Positions 1 to 8,941 of a DNA stretch of 64,000 nt are shown one piece after another. The stretch lies in the NCBI GenBank assembly GCA_964561005.1, contig CAZLNO010000002.1:12073-76072 (forward strand). The letters run 5' to 3'. Position 1 is the stretch's first letter. Each line of letters starts with the position of its first letter. The notes beneath the pieces are model-generated. The model was not told where the DNA came from and searched no databases. It saw nothing but the letters and a program-made list of their open reading frames with translations. Origin of the DNA: an uncultured Rhodovibrionaceae bacterium (GTDB lineage: Bacteria; Pseudomonadota; Alphaproteobacteria; Kiloniellales; Rhodovibrionaceae). A program made the position numbers and the translations under genes.

Positions 1-322
1 GGAGCGGGCGAACGTCATCTTCCTGGTGTTCAACAACAACATGTACGGCACCATCCGCATGCACCAGGAAAAGCGCTTTCCCGACCGCATCAGCGGCACG
101 GCGCTGACCAACCCCGACTACGCCGCCCTGGCCGCCGCGCACGGCGCCTTCGGCGCGACGGTCGCGCGAACCGAGGATTTCCGGCCGGCCTTCGAGGCGG
201 CCGTCGAATCCGGCGGGCCGGCGCTGATCGAGCTGCGCTACGACCCCGAGATGGTGAGCACGCGCACCACGCTCTCGGCCCTGCGCGAGTCGGCGCTGAC
301 GACGGCGCGGCCGGCGGACTGA
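1..322 (+). CDS. C-terminal fragment of a thiamine-diphosphate-dependent enzyme (acetolactate synthase-like TPP-binding module); 5' end outside window
   Basis: Frame is open to the window edge. The translation (NNNMYGTIRMHQE...GPALIELRYDP) resembles the C-terminal TPP-binding domain of ALS-type enzymes. Stop codon at 320-322. Confidence 0.55.
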   Translation, partial: ERANVIFLVFNNNMYGTIRMHQEKRFPDRISGTALTNPDYAALAAAHGAFGATVARTEDFRPAFEAAVESGGPALIELRYDPEMVSTRTTLSALRESALTTARPAD

Positions 323-555
323 AGGCGGCCGGTTTCGTGTCGCTCGAATCCGCGCGTGGCGTCCCTTTTTCCGGAATGTCCTTCTGGCCGCTTGTTTCTT
401 TTTTCGCCCTCGGGCTAGGGTTGGGTTTTCCGCAACGGCCATTGCGCCGGACGGCGGGCGCGCGCCCGCCAGGGAGAGAGCGGTCGCGGACCGCCTCGCC
501 CGCTCGGGCTGGGCCGGGGCGGCAGAACGAATCGACACGAAACAGGGAGGCAACA

Positions 556-2139
556 ATGCGTATGCGTCAGGGCGTGCTGGCCGTCACGGCGGCGCTGGCG
601 ATCGGCGCCGCGGGCAGCGCGGACGCCAAGACCTTTCGCTGGGCGTTCCAGGGTGACGCCCAGTCGCTGGACCCCCAGGTCCTGAACGAGACCTTCACCA
701 TCGGCTTTCACGCCAACATTTTCGACGGGCTGACCCAGCGCGACGAGAACCTGGAGATCCAGCCCGCGCTGGCCAAGAGCTGGGAACTGCTGGAGCCGAC
801 GCGCTGGCGCTTTCACCTGCGCAAGGGCGTAAAGTTCCACAACGGCAACGACTTCACTGCCGACGACGTGATCTTCACCTTCGAGCGCGCGCTGAAGGAA
901 GGCTCCGACATGGGGTCGAAGATCCCAGAGGGCACCGAGTGGGAGAAGGTGGACGACTACACCATCGACTTTACCACACCCCAGCCCAATCCCATCCTGC
1001 ACTACGAGTGGCAGGACCTCTTCATCCTGGACAAGGAATGGGCCGAGAAGCACAACGCCACCGAGCCCTCCGACGTCGCCGCGGGCGAGGAGAACTACGC
1101 AGCGTTCCACGCCAACGGTACCGGCCCCTTCAAGGTGCAAAGCCGCGAAACCGACGTGAAGACCGTGCTGGTGCCCAACGAGGACTGGTGGGGCGACGCA
1201 CGGCACAATCTGGATCGGATCGTCTTCACGCCGATCGGCTCGGATTCGACGCGGGTGGCGGCGCTGCTCTCGGGCGAGATCGACATGATGTACCCGGTCC
1301 CGGTGCAGGACCTGCGGCGGGTCGACAGCAACCCCGATACCTCGACGCTGACCGGGCCGGAGCTGCGCACGATTTTCCTCGGCATGGACCAGATGCGTGA
1401 CGAACTGCTGTACTCCGACGTCGAGGGCGAGAACCCGTTCAAGGACCGGCGGGTGCGCGAAGCCTTCTACCGCGCCATCGACATCCAGGCGATCAAGCAG
1501 AAGATCATGCGCGGCCAGGCCGACCCCTCGGCGCTGATGATCTCGCCCTTCCTGTTCGAGCGCGCCGACGAGTTCGAGCGGCTGGAACATGATCCCGAGA
1601 TGGCGAAGGAGCTTCTGGCGGAGGCGGGTTATCCGGACGGCTTCCAGGTCGGCATGGATTGCCCGAACAACCGCTACGTCAACGACGAGTCGATCTGCCA
1701 GGCCGTCGTGGCGATGCTGGCGAAGGTGGGTGTCGACGTGGACCTCAACGCCCAGCCCAAGGCGCAGTACTTCGCCAAGGCGCTGGCCTACGACGTCAGC
1801 TTCTACCTGCTGGGCTGGACGCCCTCCAGCCTGGACAGCCACAACGTGCTGAACAACCTGATCGTCTGCCTTGACCGCGAGGCGACGCCGATCAAGGCGA
1901 AGTTCAACTATGGCGGCTACTGCAACCCGTCGATCGACGAGCTGGCGGACCAGATCCTGGTGGAGACCGACACGGAAAAGCGCAACGACCTGATCGAGCA
2001 GGCCTTCCGCCTCCTCCACGAGGATCGCGGCTATATCCCGCTGCATCAGCAGTACGTGGCCTGGGGCAAGCGCGGCAACATCGATCTCGTGCAGCGCCCC
2101 GACAACCAGTTCATGCTGTGGCGGGTGACGAAGAACTGA
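556..2139 (+). CDS. ABC transporter substrate-binding protein, family 5 (peptide/nickel/opine type)
   Basis: Inside ORF 337..2139. ATG at 556 is preceded by GGGAGG (545-550) and followed by a signal-peptide-like N-terminus (MRMRQGVLAVTAALAIGAAGSADA). Length and composition are typical of DppA/OppA-family SBPs, and it is the first gene of a permease/ATPase operon. Confidence 0.85.
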   Translation: MRMRQGVLAVTAALAIGAAGSADAKTFRWAFQGDAQSLDPQVLNETFTIGFHANIFDGLTQRDENLEIQPALAKSWELLEPTRWRFHLRKGVKFHNGNDFTADDVIFTFERALKEGSDMGSKIPEGTEWEKVDDYTIDFTTPQPNPILHYEWQDLFILDKEWAEKHNATEPSDVAAGEENYAAFHANGTGPFKVQSRETDVKTVLVPNEDWWGDARHNLDRIVFTPIGSDSTRVAALLSGEIDMMYPVPVQDLRRVDSNPDTSTLTGPELRTIFLGMDQMRDELLYSDVEGENPFKDRRVREAFYRAIDIQAIKQKIMRGQADPSALMISPFLFERADEFERLEHDPEMAKELLAEAGYPDGFQVGMDCPNNRYVNDESICQAVVAMLAKVGVDVDLNAQPKAQYFAKALAYDVSFYLLGWTPSSLDSHNVLNNLIVCLDREATPIKAKFNYGGYCNPSIDELADQILVETDTEKRNDLIEQAFRLLHEDRGYIPLHQQYVAWGKRGNIDLVQRPDNQFMLWRVTKN

Positions 2140-2212
2140 AACGAGTGAGCGTGTTCATGCTTCGACACGACGGCATTGCGCCGTGGCTGCGTGTGAAGGA
2201 TGGCACGACAAT

Positions 2213-2294
2213 GCGGGGCGCGGGCTTGCCCGCGCCCCGGCCGTTTCGACGTCTGGCCGGGAAACGTTCCGGTCGGGGGCAAGCCCCCGACCGG
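2213..2294 (+). repeat. Double-hairpin intergenic repeat, copy 1 (intercistronic, between the SBP and permease genes)
   Basis: Hairpin 1 is GGGGCGCGGG-CTTG-CCCGCGCCCC (about 2215-2239). Hairpin 2 is CCGGTCGGGGGC-AA-GCCCCCGACCGG (2269-2294), preceded by AACGTT. Two further full copies lie at 33968-34037 (minus sense) and 57642-57726. Confidence 0.75.
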
Positions 2295-2347
2295 CATGCA
2301 TGGCTCGGCCACGATTGCCCTCATGCTGTGTCGCGGTTCCCGATATC

Positions 2348-3334
2348 ATGATCGCCTTCGTCGTTCGCCGTCTGCTGCAGTCCGTGGTCGTGATGCTGGT
2401 CGTCGCGCTGATCGCGTTCTCGATGTTCCGCTACATCGGCGATCCGGTGAACCAGATGGTCGGCGTCGAGACCAGCTCGGAAGTGCGCGAGCAGCTTCGC
2501 GAGCGCCTGGGCCTGAACGAGCCAGTGCCGGTGCAGTTCGCGCACTTCATCGCCAATGCGGCGCAATTCGACTTCGGCATCTCCTACCAGCACAAGAAGG
2601 AGGTCTCGGCGCTGCTCGCCGAGCGGCTGCCGGCGACGCTGGAACTGGCCTTCGTCTCGGCGGTGCTCGCGCTCGCGGTGGGCGTGCCGATGGGCGTCTA
2701 CACCGGGTTGAACCGCGATTCCTGGCTGTCCAAGGTGTTCCTGACGGTCTCGCTGATCGGCATCTCGCTGCCGACCTTCCTGATCGGCATCCTGATGATC
2801 TTTCTGTTCTCGGTGTTGCTGGGCTGGCTGCCGTCCTTCGGGCGCGGCGGAGTGGTCGACCTGGGGCCCTGGACCACCGGCTTTCTGACGCTCAGCGGCT
2901 GGCAGGCGATCATCATGCCGGCGATCACGCTGGGCCTGTTCCAGATGACGCTGATCATGCGCCTGGTCCGCTCGGAGATGCTGGAGGTGCTGCGCACCGA
3001 CTACGTCAAGTTCGCCCGCGCGCGCGGGCTGCCGAACCGGGCGGTGCACTTCGGCCACGCGTTGAAGAACACCCTGGTTCCGGTCATCACGATCACCGGC
3101 CTGCAGCTCGGCTCGATCATCGCCTTCGCCATCATCACCGAGACCGTCTTTCAGTGGCCGGGCATGGGGCTGATGTTCCTGCAGGCGATCCAGACCGTCG
3201 ACATCCCGATCATGGCCGCGTACCTGATCCTGATCGCCTTCTTCTTCGTCGTGATCAACCTGATCGTCGACCTGCTCTACTACGCCGTCGATCCGCGCCT
3301 GCGGATCGACAAGACCACCGCGACGGGACACTAG
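2348..3334 (+). CDS. ABC transporter permease (DppB/OppB-like)
   Basis: Inside ORF 2183..3334, with ATG at 2348 giving MIAFVVRRLLQSVVVMLVV... The protein is multi-TM and hydrophobic, and it follows the SBP gene. Confidence 0.85.
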   Translation: MIAFVVRRLLQSVVVMLVVALIAFSMFRYIGDPVNQMVGVETSSEVREQLRERLGLNEPVPVQFAHFIANAAQFDFGISYQHKKEVSALLAERLPATLELAFVSAVLALAVGVPMGVYTGLNRDSWLSKVFLTVSLIGISLPTFLIGILMIFLFSVLLGWLPSFGRGGVVDLGPWTTGFLTLSGWQAIIMPAITLGLFQMTLIMRLVRSEMLEVLRTDYVKFARARGLPNRAVHFGHALKNTLVPVITITGLQLGSIIAFAIITETVFQWPGMGLMFLQAIQTVDIPIMAAYLILIAFFFVVINLIVDLLYYAVDPRLRIDKTTATGH

Positions 3335-3337
3335 CCG

Positions 3338-4285
3338 ATGGCTGTCGTGACCAGCGGAACGGGCCTGGGGCGCGCCGACTTCCTGCGCCGCGCCTGGGAT
3401 TCCGACATCGCCTATTCCTTCCGCCAATCGAAGGTGACGATGGTGGCCGCCGCCGTCACCGCCGTGTACTTCCTGGCCGCGCTGTTCGCGCCCTTGCTGG
3501 CGCCGCACAACCCCTACGACCTCAGCTCGGTCAGCCTGATGGATTCCTTCCTGCCCCCCGCCTGGGCGGAGGGCGGCGACCCGCGCTTCCTGCTGGGCAC
3601 CGACGACCAGGGGCGGGACATTCTCTCGACCATCATCTACGGCGCGCGCATCTCGCTGCTGGTCGGCTTTGCCTCGGTGCTCTTCGCCGCCGTGCTGGGG
3701 GTCACCCTGGGGCTGATCGCGGGCTACGCCGGCGGCCTGGTGGACGCCTTCATCATGCGGGTGGCGGAGGTGCAGCTTTCCTTCCCGGCCATCCTCATCG
3801 CGCTGCTGATCGACGGCGTGGCGCGCGGCGTCCTGGGCAACACCGCCGAGGGCGACATTGCCTTCTTCGTCATCATCCTGGCGATCGGGCTGTCGTTCTG
3901 GGTGCAGTACGCCCGCACCGTGCGCGGCTCCTGCCTGGTGGAGAAGAACAAGGAATACGTCCAGGCCGCGCGCGTCATCGGCGTCCGTCCGGCGATGATC
4001 GTCATCCGCCACGTGCTGCCCAACGTCATGGGCCCGGTGCTGGTGATCGCCACGATCTCGCTGGCGCTGGCCATCATCACCGAGGCGACGCTGAGCTTCC
4101 TGGGTGTCGGGCTGCCGCCGACCCAGCCCTCGCTGGGCACGATGATCCGCGTCGGCAACGACTTCCTGTTCTCCGGCGAGTGGTGGATCACGATCTTCCC
4201 CGGCGCCGCGCTGGCGCTCCTGGTGCTGGCGGTCAACCTGCTGGGCGACTGGCTGCGCGACGCCCTGAATCCGAAGCTGCGTTAG
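3338..4285 (+). CDS. ABC transporter permease (DppC/OppC-like)
   Basis: ORF 3338..4285 starts 4 nt after the previous stop. Hydrophobic multi-TM protein with a typical binding-protein-dependent transport inner-membrane component. Confidence 0.85.
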   Translation: MAVVTSGTGLGRADFLRRAWDSDIAYSFRQSKVTMVAAAVTAVYFLAALFAPLLAPHNPYDLSSVSLMDSFLPPAWAEGGDPRFLLGTDDQGRDILSTIIYGARISLLVGFASVLFAAVLGVTLGLIAGYAGGLVDAFIMRVAEVQLSFPAILIALLIDGVARGVLGNTAEGDIAFFVIILAIGLSFWVQYARTVRGSCLVEKNKEYVQAARVIGVRPAMIVIRHVLPNVMGPVLVIATISLALAIITEATLSFLGVGLPPTQPSLGTMIRVGNDFLFSGEWWITIFPGAALALLVLAVNLLGDWLRDALNPKLR

Positions 4286-4292
4286 GAGCCCC

Positions 4293-5354
4293 ATGAGCAC
4301 GAGCACGACCGCGACATCCACGGCCGAGCCCGCACGCGGCGCGGAGACCCTGGCGCGCCGTGCGAACCGGCCAGTGCTGGAGGTGAAGAACCTCACGGTG
4401 CAGTTCCCCACCCGCAAGGGCACGCTGACGGCGGTTGACGACATCTCCTTCGACATCGCCGAGGGCGAGGTGCTGGGCGTGGTCGGCGAGTCCGGCGCCG
4501 GCAAGTCGATGACCGGCACCGCCGTGATCGGCCTGCTGGAGCCGCCGGGCCGCATCGCCGGCGGCGAGGTCCGGCTGGAGGGCGAGCGCATCGACAACCT
4601 GCCCTACGAGAAGATGCGCCGGCTGCGCGGGGCGAGGATCGGCATGGTCTTCCAGGACCCGCTGACCTCGCTGAACCCGCTCTACACCGTCGGCTTCCAC
4701 CTGGTCGAGACCATCCGCGTCCACACCGACCTGAGCGAGCGCCAGGCCCGCGAGCGCGCCATCGAGCTGCTGCAGGAGGTGGGCATCCCGGCGCCGGAGC
4801 GGCGCATCGACCAGTACCCGCACCACTTCTCCGGCGGCATGCGCCAGCGCGTGGTGCTGGCCCTGGCGCTCTGCGCCAACCCGCGGCTGATCATCGCCGA
4901 CGAGCCGACCACGGCGCTCGACGTCTCGATCCAGGCGCAGATCATCCGCCTGCTCAAGCGCCTGTGCCGGGACCACGGCGCCTCGGTCATGCTGATCACC
5001 CACGACATGGGCGTGATCGCCGAGGTCGCCGACCGCGTGGCGGTGATGTACGCCGGGCGGATCGTCGAGATCGGGCCGGTGCAGGACGTGGTGAAGCAGG
5101 GCAAGCATCCCTACACCGAGGGCCTGATGGGCTCGATCCCGAAGATCGGCGGCAACGAGACCGACCTGGTGCAGATCAGGGGCAGCATGCCGCGGCTCAC
5201 CGAGATTCCGGACGGCTGCGCCTTCCATCCGCGCTGCCCCCATGTCTTCGACCGCTGCCGGCGCGAGCGGCCCGATCTCATGCCGGCCGGCCGCGCGCGG
5301 GCGGCCTGCTGGCTCTTCGACCCGGCGGAGCGAGGAGGCGCGGGCCATGAGTAG
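4293..5354 (+). CDS. ABC transporter ATP-binding protein (DppD/OppD-like)
   Basis: Walker A GESGAGKS, signature SGGMRQR and Walker B IIADEPTTALD. The C-terminal oligopeptide-ABC extension contains HPYT and Cys/His residues. Confidence 0.9.
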   Translation: MSTSTTATSTAEPARGAETLARRANRPVLEVKNLTVQFPTRKGTLTAVDDISFDIAEGEVLGVVGESGAGKSMTGTAVIGLLEPPGRIAGGEVRLEGERIDNLPYEKMRRLRGARIGMVFQDPLTSLNPLYTVGFHLVETIRVHTDLSERQARERAIELLQEVGIPAPERRIDQYPHHFSGGMRQRVVLALALCANPRLIIADEPTTALDVSIQAQIIRLLKRLCRDHGASVMLITHDMGVIAEVADRVAVMYAGRIVEIGPVQDVVKQGKHPYTEGLMGSIPKIGGNETDLVQIRGSMPRLTEIPDGCAFHPRCPHVFDRCRRERPDLMPAGRARAACWLFDPAERGGAGHE

Positions 5355-6414
5355 CACGGCGCCCGAAAAGGTTGGCCGGGAGGCGGCCGCGCCGGTGCTG
5401 GAGGTCGAGGGCCTCACCAAGCACTTCGACGTCTCGCCGCCCTTCCTGAACCGTGTTTTGCAGGGCGAATCCAAGGCGTTCCTGAAGGCCGTGGACGGCG
5501 TCAGCTTCGAAATTCCGCGCGGCGCGACCTTCTCGCTGGTGGGCGAGTCCGGCTGCGGCAAGTCGACCGTGGCGCGGCTGGTCGTCGGGCTGTACCGCCC
5601 GACCGAGGGCGCGGTGCTGTTCGAGGGCACCGATCTGGCCGCCCTGCAGTCCCGGCAAGAGATGGCGCCGCTGCGCCGCAAGTGGGCGATGATCTTCCAG
5701 GACCCCTACGCCAGCCTGAACCCGCGCTGGCGGGTGCGCGACATCGTCGCCGAGCCCATCCGCTACCACCGCCTGGTCAGCGGCAATCGCGCCATCTCGG
5801 CCAGGGTGGGCGAGCTGCTGGAGCTGGTCGGGCTGTCCGCGCAGGACGGCGAGAAGTTCCCGCACGAGTTCTCCGGCGGCCAGCGTCAGCGCATCTCCAT
5901 CGCCCGCGCGCTGGCCAGCGAGCCCGATTTCCTGGTGTGCGACGAGCCGACCAGCGCGCTCGACGTCTCGGTGCAGGCGCAGATCCTGAACCTGATGAAA
6001 CGCCTCCAGCGAGAGCTGAACCTGACCTACCTCTTCATCAGCCACGATCTGGCGGTGGTCTACCACATTTCGGATTATGTGGGCGTGATGTACCTGGGGC
6101 GCATGGTGGAATGGGCCGACGCCCGGACGCTGTTCGTCCGGCCGCGCCACCCCTACACGCGCATGCTGCTGGACGCCATCCCGGACCTGGAGATGAGCGG
6201 GCGCGAGCGCACCCCGGTGGGCGGCGAGGTGCCGAGTCCGATCGCGCCGCCGCCGGGCTGCCACTTCCATCCGCGCTGCCCGCTGGCCAACGACCGCTGC
6301 CGCCGGGAGGTGCCCGCCACGCTTAAGACAGACGGCGGCGAGGTGCGCTGCCACGCCGTGGAGGAGGGCCGGACATCGGCGGATGATCCGCAACTCGCGA
6401 AGGAGACGACGTGA
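5347..6414 (+). CDS. ABC transporter ATP-binding protein (DppF/OppF-like)
   Basis: Inside ORF 5242..6414; ATG at 5347 overlaps the upstream stop by 8 nt. Walker A GESGCGKS, signature SGGQRQR, Walker B LVCDEPTSALD, and HPYT in the C-terminal domain. Confidence 0.9.
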   Translation: MSSTAPEKVGREAAAPVLEVEGLTKHFDVSPPFLNRVLQGESKAFLKAVDGVSFEIPRGATFSLVGESGCGKSTVARLVVGLYRPTEGAVLFEGTDLAALQSRQEMAPLRRKWAMIFQDPYASLNPRWRVRDIVAEPIRYHRLVSGNRAISARVGELLELVGLSAQDGEKFPHEFSGGQRQRISIARALASEPDFLVCDEPTSALDVSVQAQILNLMKRLQRELNLTYLFISHDLAVVYHISDYVGVMYLGRMVEWADARTLFVRPRHPYTRMLLDAIPDLEMSGRERTPVGGEVPSPIAPPPGCHFHPRCPLANDRCRREVPATLKTDGGEVRCHAVEEGRTSADDPQLAKETT

Positions 6415-7595
6415 CCGCCGAGACCTACAGCCCCAAGCAGATGATCGCCAAGCTGGTGTCCTTCGACACCGTGTCCGCCAACTCCAACCTGGAGCTCATC
6501 GCGTTCGTCGAGGCCTACCTGCACGGCCACGGCATCGCCAGCACGCGCGTCGCCAATGCCGAGGGAACCAAGGCGAACCTTTACGCCACCATCGGCCCCA
6601 ACGTGCCCGGCGGCGTGGTGCTCTCCGGCCACACCGACGTCGTGCCCACGGCGCACCAGACCTGGCGCCACGACCCCTATACCGTGGTCGAGGCGAACGG
6701 CCGCCTCTACGGCCGCGGCACCAGCGACATGAAGGGTTTCCTGGCGATCGTCCTGGCGCTGGTGCCCGAGTTCGCGCGGGCGGGGCTGAAGGTGCCGATC
6801 CACCTCGCCCTGTCCTACGACGAGGAGGTCGGCTGCACCGGCTGCCGCGACATGATCGCCGAGATGGCGAACGGCGGCATCGCGCCGCCGCGTGCCGTGC
6901 TGGTCGGCGAGCCCTCGGAGATGCGCCTGGTGGTCGCGCACAAGGGTGTCAACCAGTTCCGCACCACGGTCATCGGCCGCGAGGCCCACTCCAGCCAGCC
7001 GCAGCGCGGCGCCAACGCCAACATCGCCGCGGGCCGGCTGGTCGCCCGGATCGCCCGCATGGCCGAAGCGGCGGCAACGCGCGCGCCGGCCGACAGCGCG
7101 TTCGAGCCGCCCTACACCAGCTTCCAGGTGGGCTTTCTGGCAGGCGGCAGCGCCATGAACATCATCCCCGGCCGCTGCGAAATCGGCTGGGAGTTCCGCG
7201 CCATCCCCGGCGAGGATATCGACGCGCTGGTCCGGGAATTCGAGACCTACGCCCGCGACGAGGTGCTGCCCTCGCTGCGCGCGGTGGCGCCGGAAGCCGA
7301 CATCGTGACCGAGCGGCTGTGCGGCGTGGTGCCGCTGGTCCCCGAGCAGGGCGGCGCCGCGCAGGCGGAAGCGCTGGTGCGCGAGCTGACCGGCCGGAAC
7401 GACAGCGCCGTCGTCCCCTACGGCACCGAGGGCGGCATCTTCCAGCAGCACGGCTTTTCCACCGTCGTCATCGGCCCCGGCTCGATCGACCAGGCCCACC
7501 AGCCCGACGAGTACATCGAGCTGTCCCAGGTGGACGCCTGCACGGCCTTTCTGCACAAGCTGAAGGACTGGGCCGCGGCGGAGTCAGCCGGGTAG
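6411..7595 (+). CDS. M20 family metallohydrolase, acetylornithine deacetylase (ArgE)-like
   Basis: GTG at 6411 overlaps the upstream TGA and is preceded by AGGAGA. Motifs SGHTDVVP and GRGTSDMKG are typical of ArgE/DapE-type M20 enzymes. It is the last gene of the ABC operon. Confidence 0.75.
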   Translation: MTAETYSPKQMIAKLVSFDTVSANSNLELIAFVEAYLHGHGIASTRVANAEGTKANLYATIGPNVPGGVVLSGHTDVVPTAHQTWRHDPYTVVEANGRLYGRGTSDMKGFLAIVLALVPEFARAGLKVPIHLALSYDEEVGCTGCRDMIAEMANGGIAPPRAVLVGEPSEMRLVVAHKGVNQFRTTVIGREAHSSQPQRGANANIAAGRLVARIARMAEAAATRAPADSAFEPPYTSFQVGFLAGGSAMNIIPGRCEIGWEFRAIPGEDIDALVREFETYARDEVLPSLRAVAPEADIVTERLCGVVPLVPEQGGAAQAEALVRELTGRNDSAVVPYGTEGGIFQQHGFSTVVIGPGSIDQAHQPDEYIELSQVDACTAFLHKLKDWAAAESAG

Positions 7596-7680
7596 GACAC
7601 GCGTCCGCGTGCAACCCGTGCGCACCGCGACACGCAGTGGTGCTGTGCAAACACGGGACCTCGTGCCCCACGGCGACCAG

Positions 7681-7726
7681 ATCCCGGACGCGAAGCAGCA
7701 CTGGCGTGCTGCTTCGCGTCCGGGAT
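7681..7726. terminator. Perfect 21-bp-stem hairpin between convergent genes (likely bidirectional terminator)
   Basis: ATCCCGGACGCGAAGCAGCAC-TGGC-GTGCTGCTTCGCGTCCGGGAT, lying between the argE-like stop (7595) and the DUF4167 stop (7755). There is no clear U-tract. Confidence 0.55.
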
Positions 7727-7754
7727 GACGAGGCAACATCACTCGCCCTTGGTA

Positions 7755-8798
7755 TCAGGCGCTGACCGGCTCGTCCTGACCGCCCTTGCCGGACCCTGAG
7801 GAGGACTCGCCCTCACCCTCCGAGGCCCCTTGATCGCCGCTGGACGTTTCGCCCTGCGCGCCGTCCTCGGATTTCGCGGTCTTCCGGGTGCGCCCGCCCG
7901 TGGCGCGGCTGCGCGAGGTCCCGCTGCGACCGCTCGTTTGCCGCGTGGTGGTCGTGCGTCGGCTGCGCGTGCGCGCAGTCGCCTTGCGCTCTCCGCCATC
8001 CTCGCTCCCGGCGGCCGGCTCGCCCGCGCCGTCCGCGCTGTCGCCGTCCGCGCTGTCCCCGCTCGGGACCGCCGTCTCGGCCGCCGTTGAGGATTCGGCA
8101 CTGGCCGCCTCGCCCTGGCCCGCGCCGGCGTCGCGCCGCTTGCGCCTGGACGCGGTCTTGCGCGGGGCCGGCGGCGTTTCGGCTGGCGGCTCGACATCCG
8201 GCTGCGGGCCGGTGCCCGGAACAGCGTCGTTGCTCGCCTCCTCGCCCTCGGGCAGCCGACCATAGCCGTCGGGCCGGCGCAGGGCCGAGTCCCTGGCTTC
8301 CGCCGACGCCTCGTGCTGCCCGGTCGCGCTGGCCGCTTCCTCGCCCTGGGCCTGGTCCTGGCTCCGATTGCGCCCGCCACCCTGGTCGCGCTCGGCCTGC
8401 TCATGGCGTTCGCGCCGTTCCTGGCGGGTGCCGCGCGGCGCGCGGTCGGACCGCGCCTCGCCGTTCGCGCCCTGGGGCTCGGCCTCGGCGCGCTCGCCCT
8501 GAGCGTCCGAATCGTCCTGTCGCCGCTGGCGCTCGCGATTCGGGTCCGGCGGGTCGGTATTGTCGTTCATGATGCGGTAATAATGTTCCGCATGCTGGAA
8601 ATAGCTTTCGGCCATCACGCGGTCGCCCGATGAGTTCGCGTCGCGCGCAAGAGCCAGATACTTCTCGTAGACCTGATTCGCATTGCCGCGAACGCGCACG
8701 TCCGGGCCGTTGCTGTCAAAGTTCTGCATTTTCAGCGGAACCTGCTTACGACCGCCCGACCGGCCGCGTGTCCGCCGTCCATTCGCACCTTGTCTCAT
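7755..8798 (-). CDS. DUF4167 domain-containing protein
   Basis: The N-terminus (RGNANQVYEKYLALARDANSSGDRVMAESYFQHAEHYYRI) matches the conserved alphaproteobacterial DUF4167 core as I remember it. The C-terminal tail is long, low-complexity and charged. The position next to prmC-prfA is typical. Confidence 0.75.
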   Translation of the reverse strand: MRQGANGRRTRGRSGGRKQVPLKMQNFDSNGPDVRVRGNANQVYEKYLALARDANSSGDRVMAESYFQHAEHYYRIMNDNTDPPDPNRERQRRQDDSDAQGERAEAEPQGANGEARSDRAPRGTRQERRERHEQAERDQGGGRNRSQDQAQGEEAASATGQHEASAEARDSALRRPDGYGRLPEGEEASNDAVPGTGPQPDVEPPAETPPAPRKTASRRKRRDAGAGQGEAASAESSTAAETAVPSGDSADGDSADGAGEPAAGSEDGGERKATARTRSRRTTTTRQTSGRSGTSRSRATGGRTRKTAKSEDGAQGETSSGDQGASEGEGESSSGSGKGGQDEPVSA

Positions 8799-8941
8799 AG
8801 CTTCCTTACTTCAAAGGGAAAGCCGATCATCGCGCTCAAACGCCATGGCCGATCCTCCGGCCATGCGGGCGCAGCTTGTTTCGGGATCGCGTGACGTCCG
8901 TTCCGGGACGCAGGGAGCCTTTGGGCTCCGGCACGCGAACA

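Noticed and set aside
453-470. Perfect 18-bp GC palindrome GGCGGGCGCGCGCCCGCC upstream of the SBP gene, considered as an operator
   Set aside because: An all-GC palindrome of this length is not very surprising at this base composition. It occurs only once in the window and has no nearby regulator gene. I noted it but do not call it a site.
2213-2294. Possibility that the repeated hairpin units represent a CRISPR array or tRNA-like elements
   Set aside because: The copies are dispersed tens of kilobases apart, with no regular repeat-spacer periodicity and no cas genes. No cloverleaf or T-loop (GGTTCGAATCC-like) sequence was seen anywhere in the window.
2118-2351. Two ORFs sharing the N-terminal peptide MRGAGLPAPR (2118..2351 and the 5' part of 57640..58869), which looked like a conserved small protein
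   Set aside because: The shared peptide is the translation of hairpin 1 of the double-hairpin repeat. Similarity ends where the repeat ends, and a third copy occurs in reverse orientation. This is a repeat artefact and not a gene.
7755-8404. Alternative-frame ORF 7739..8404(-) and plus-strand ORFs across the DUF4167 tail, considered as possible overlapping genes
   Set aside because: The DUF4167 C-terminal tail is low-complexity, so all frames stay open. The alternative frames give poly-Arg/Pro/Ala strings without start signals.
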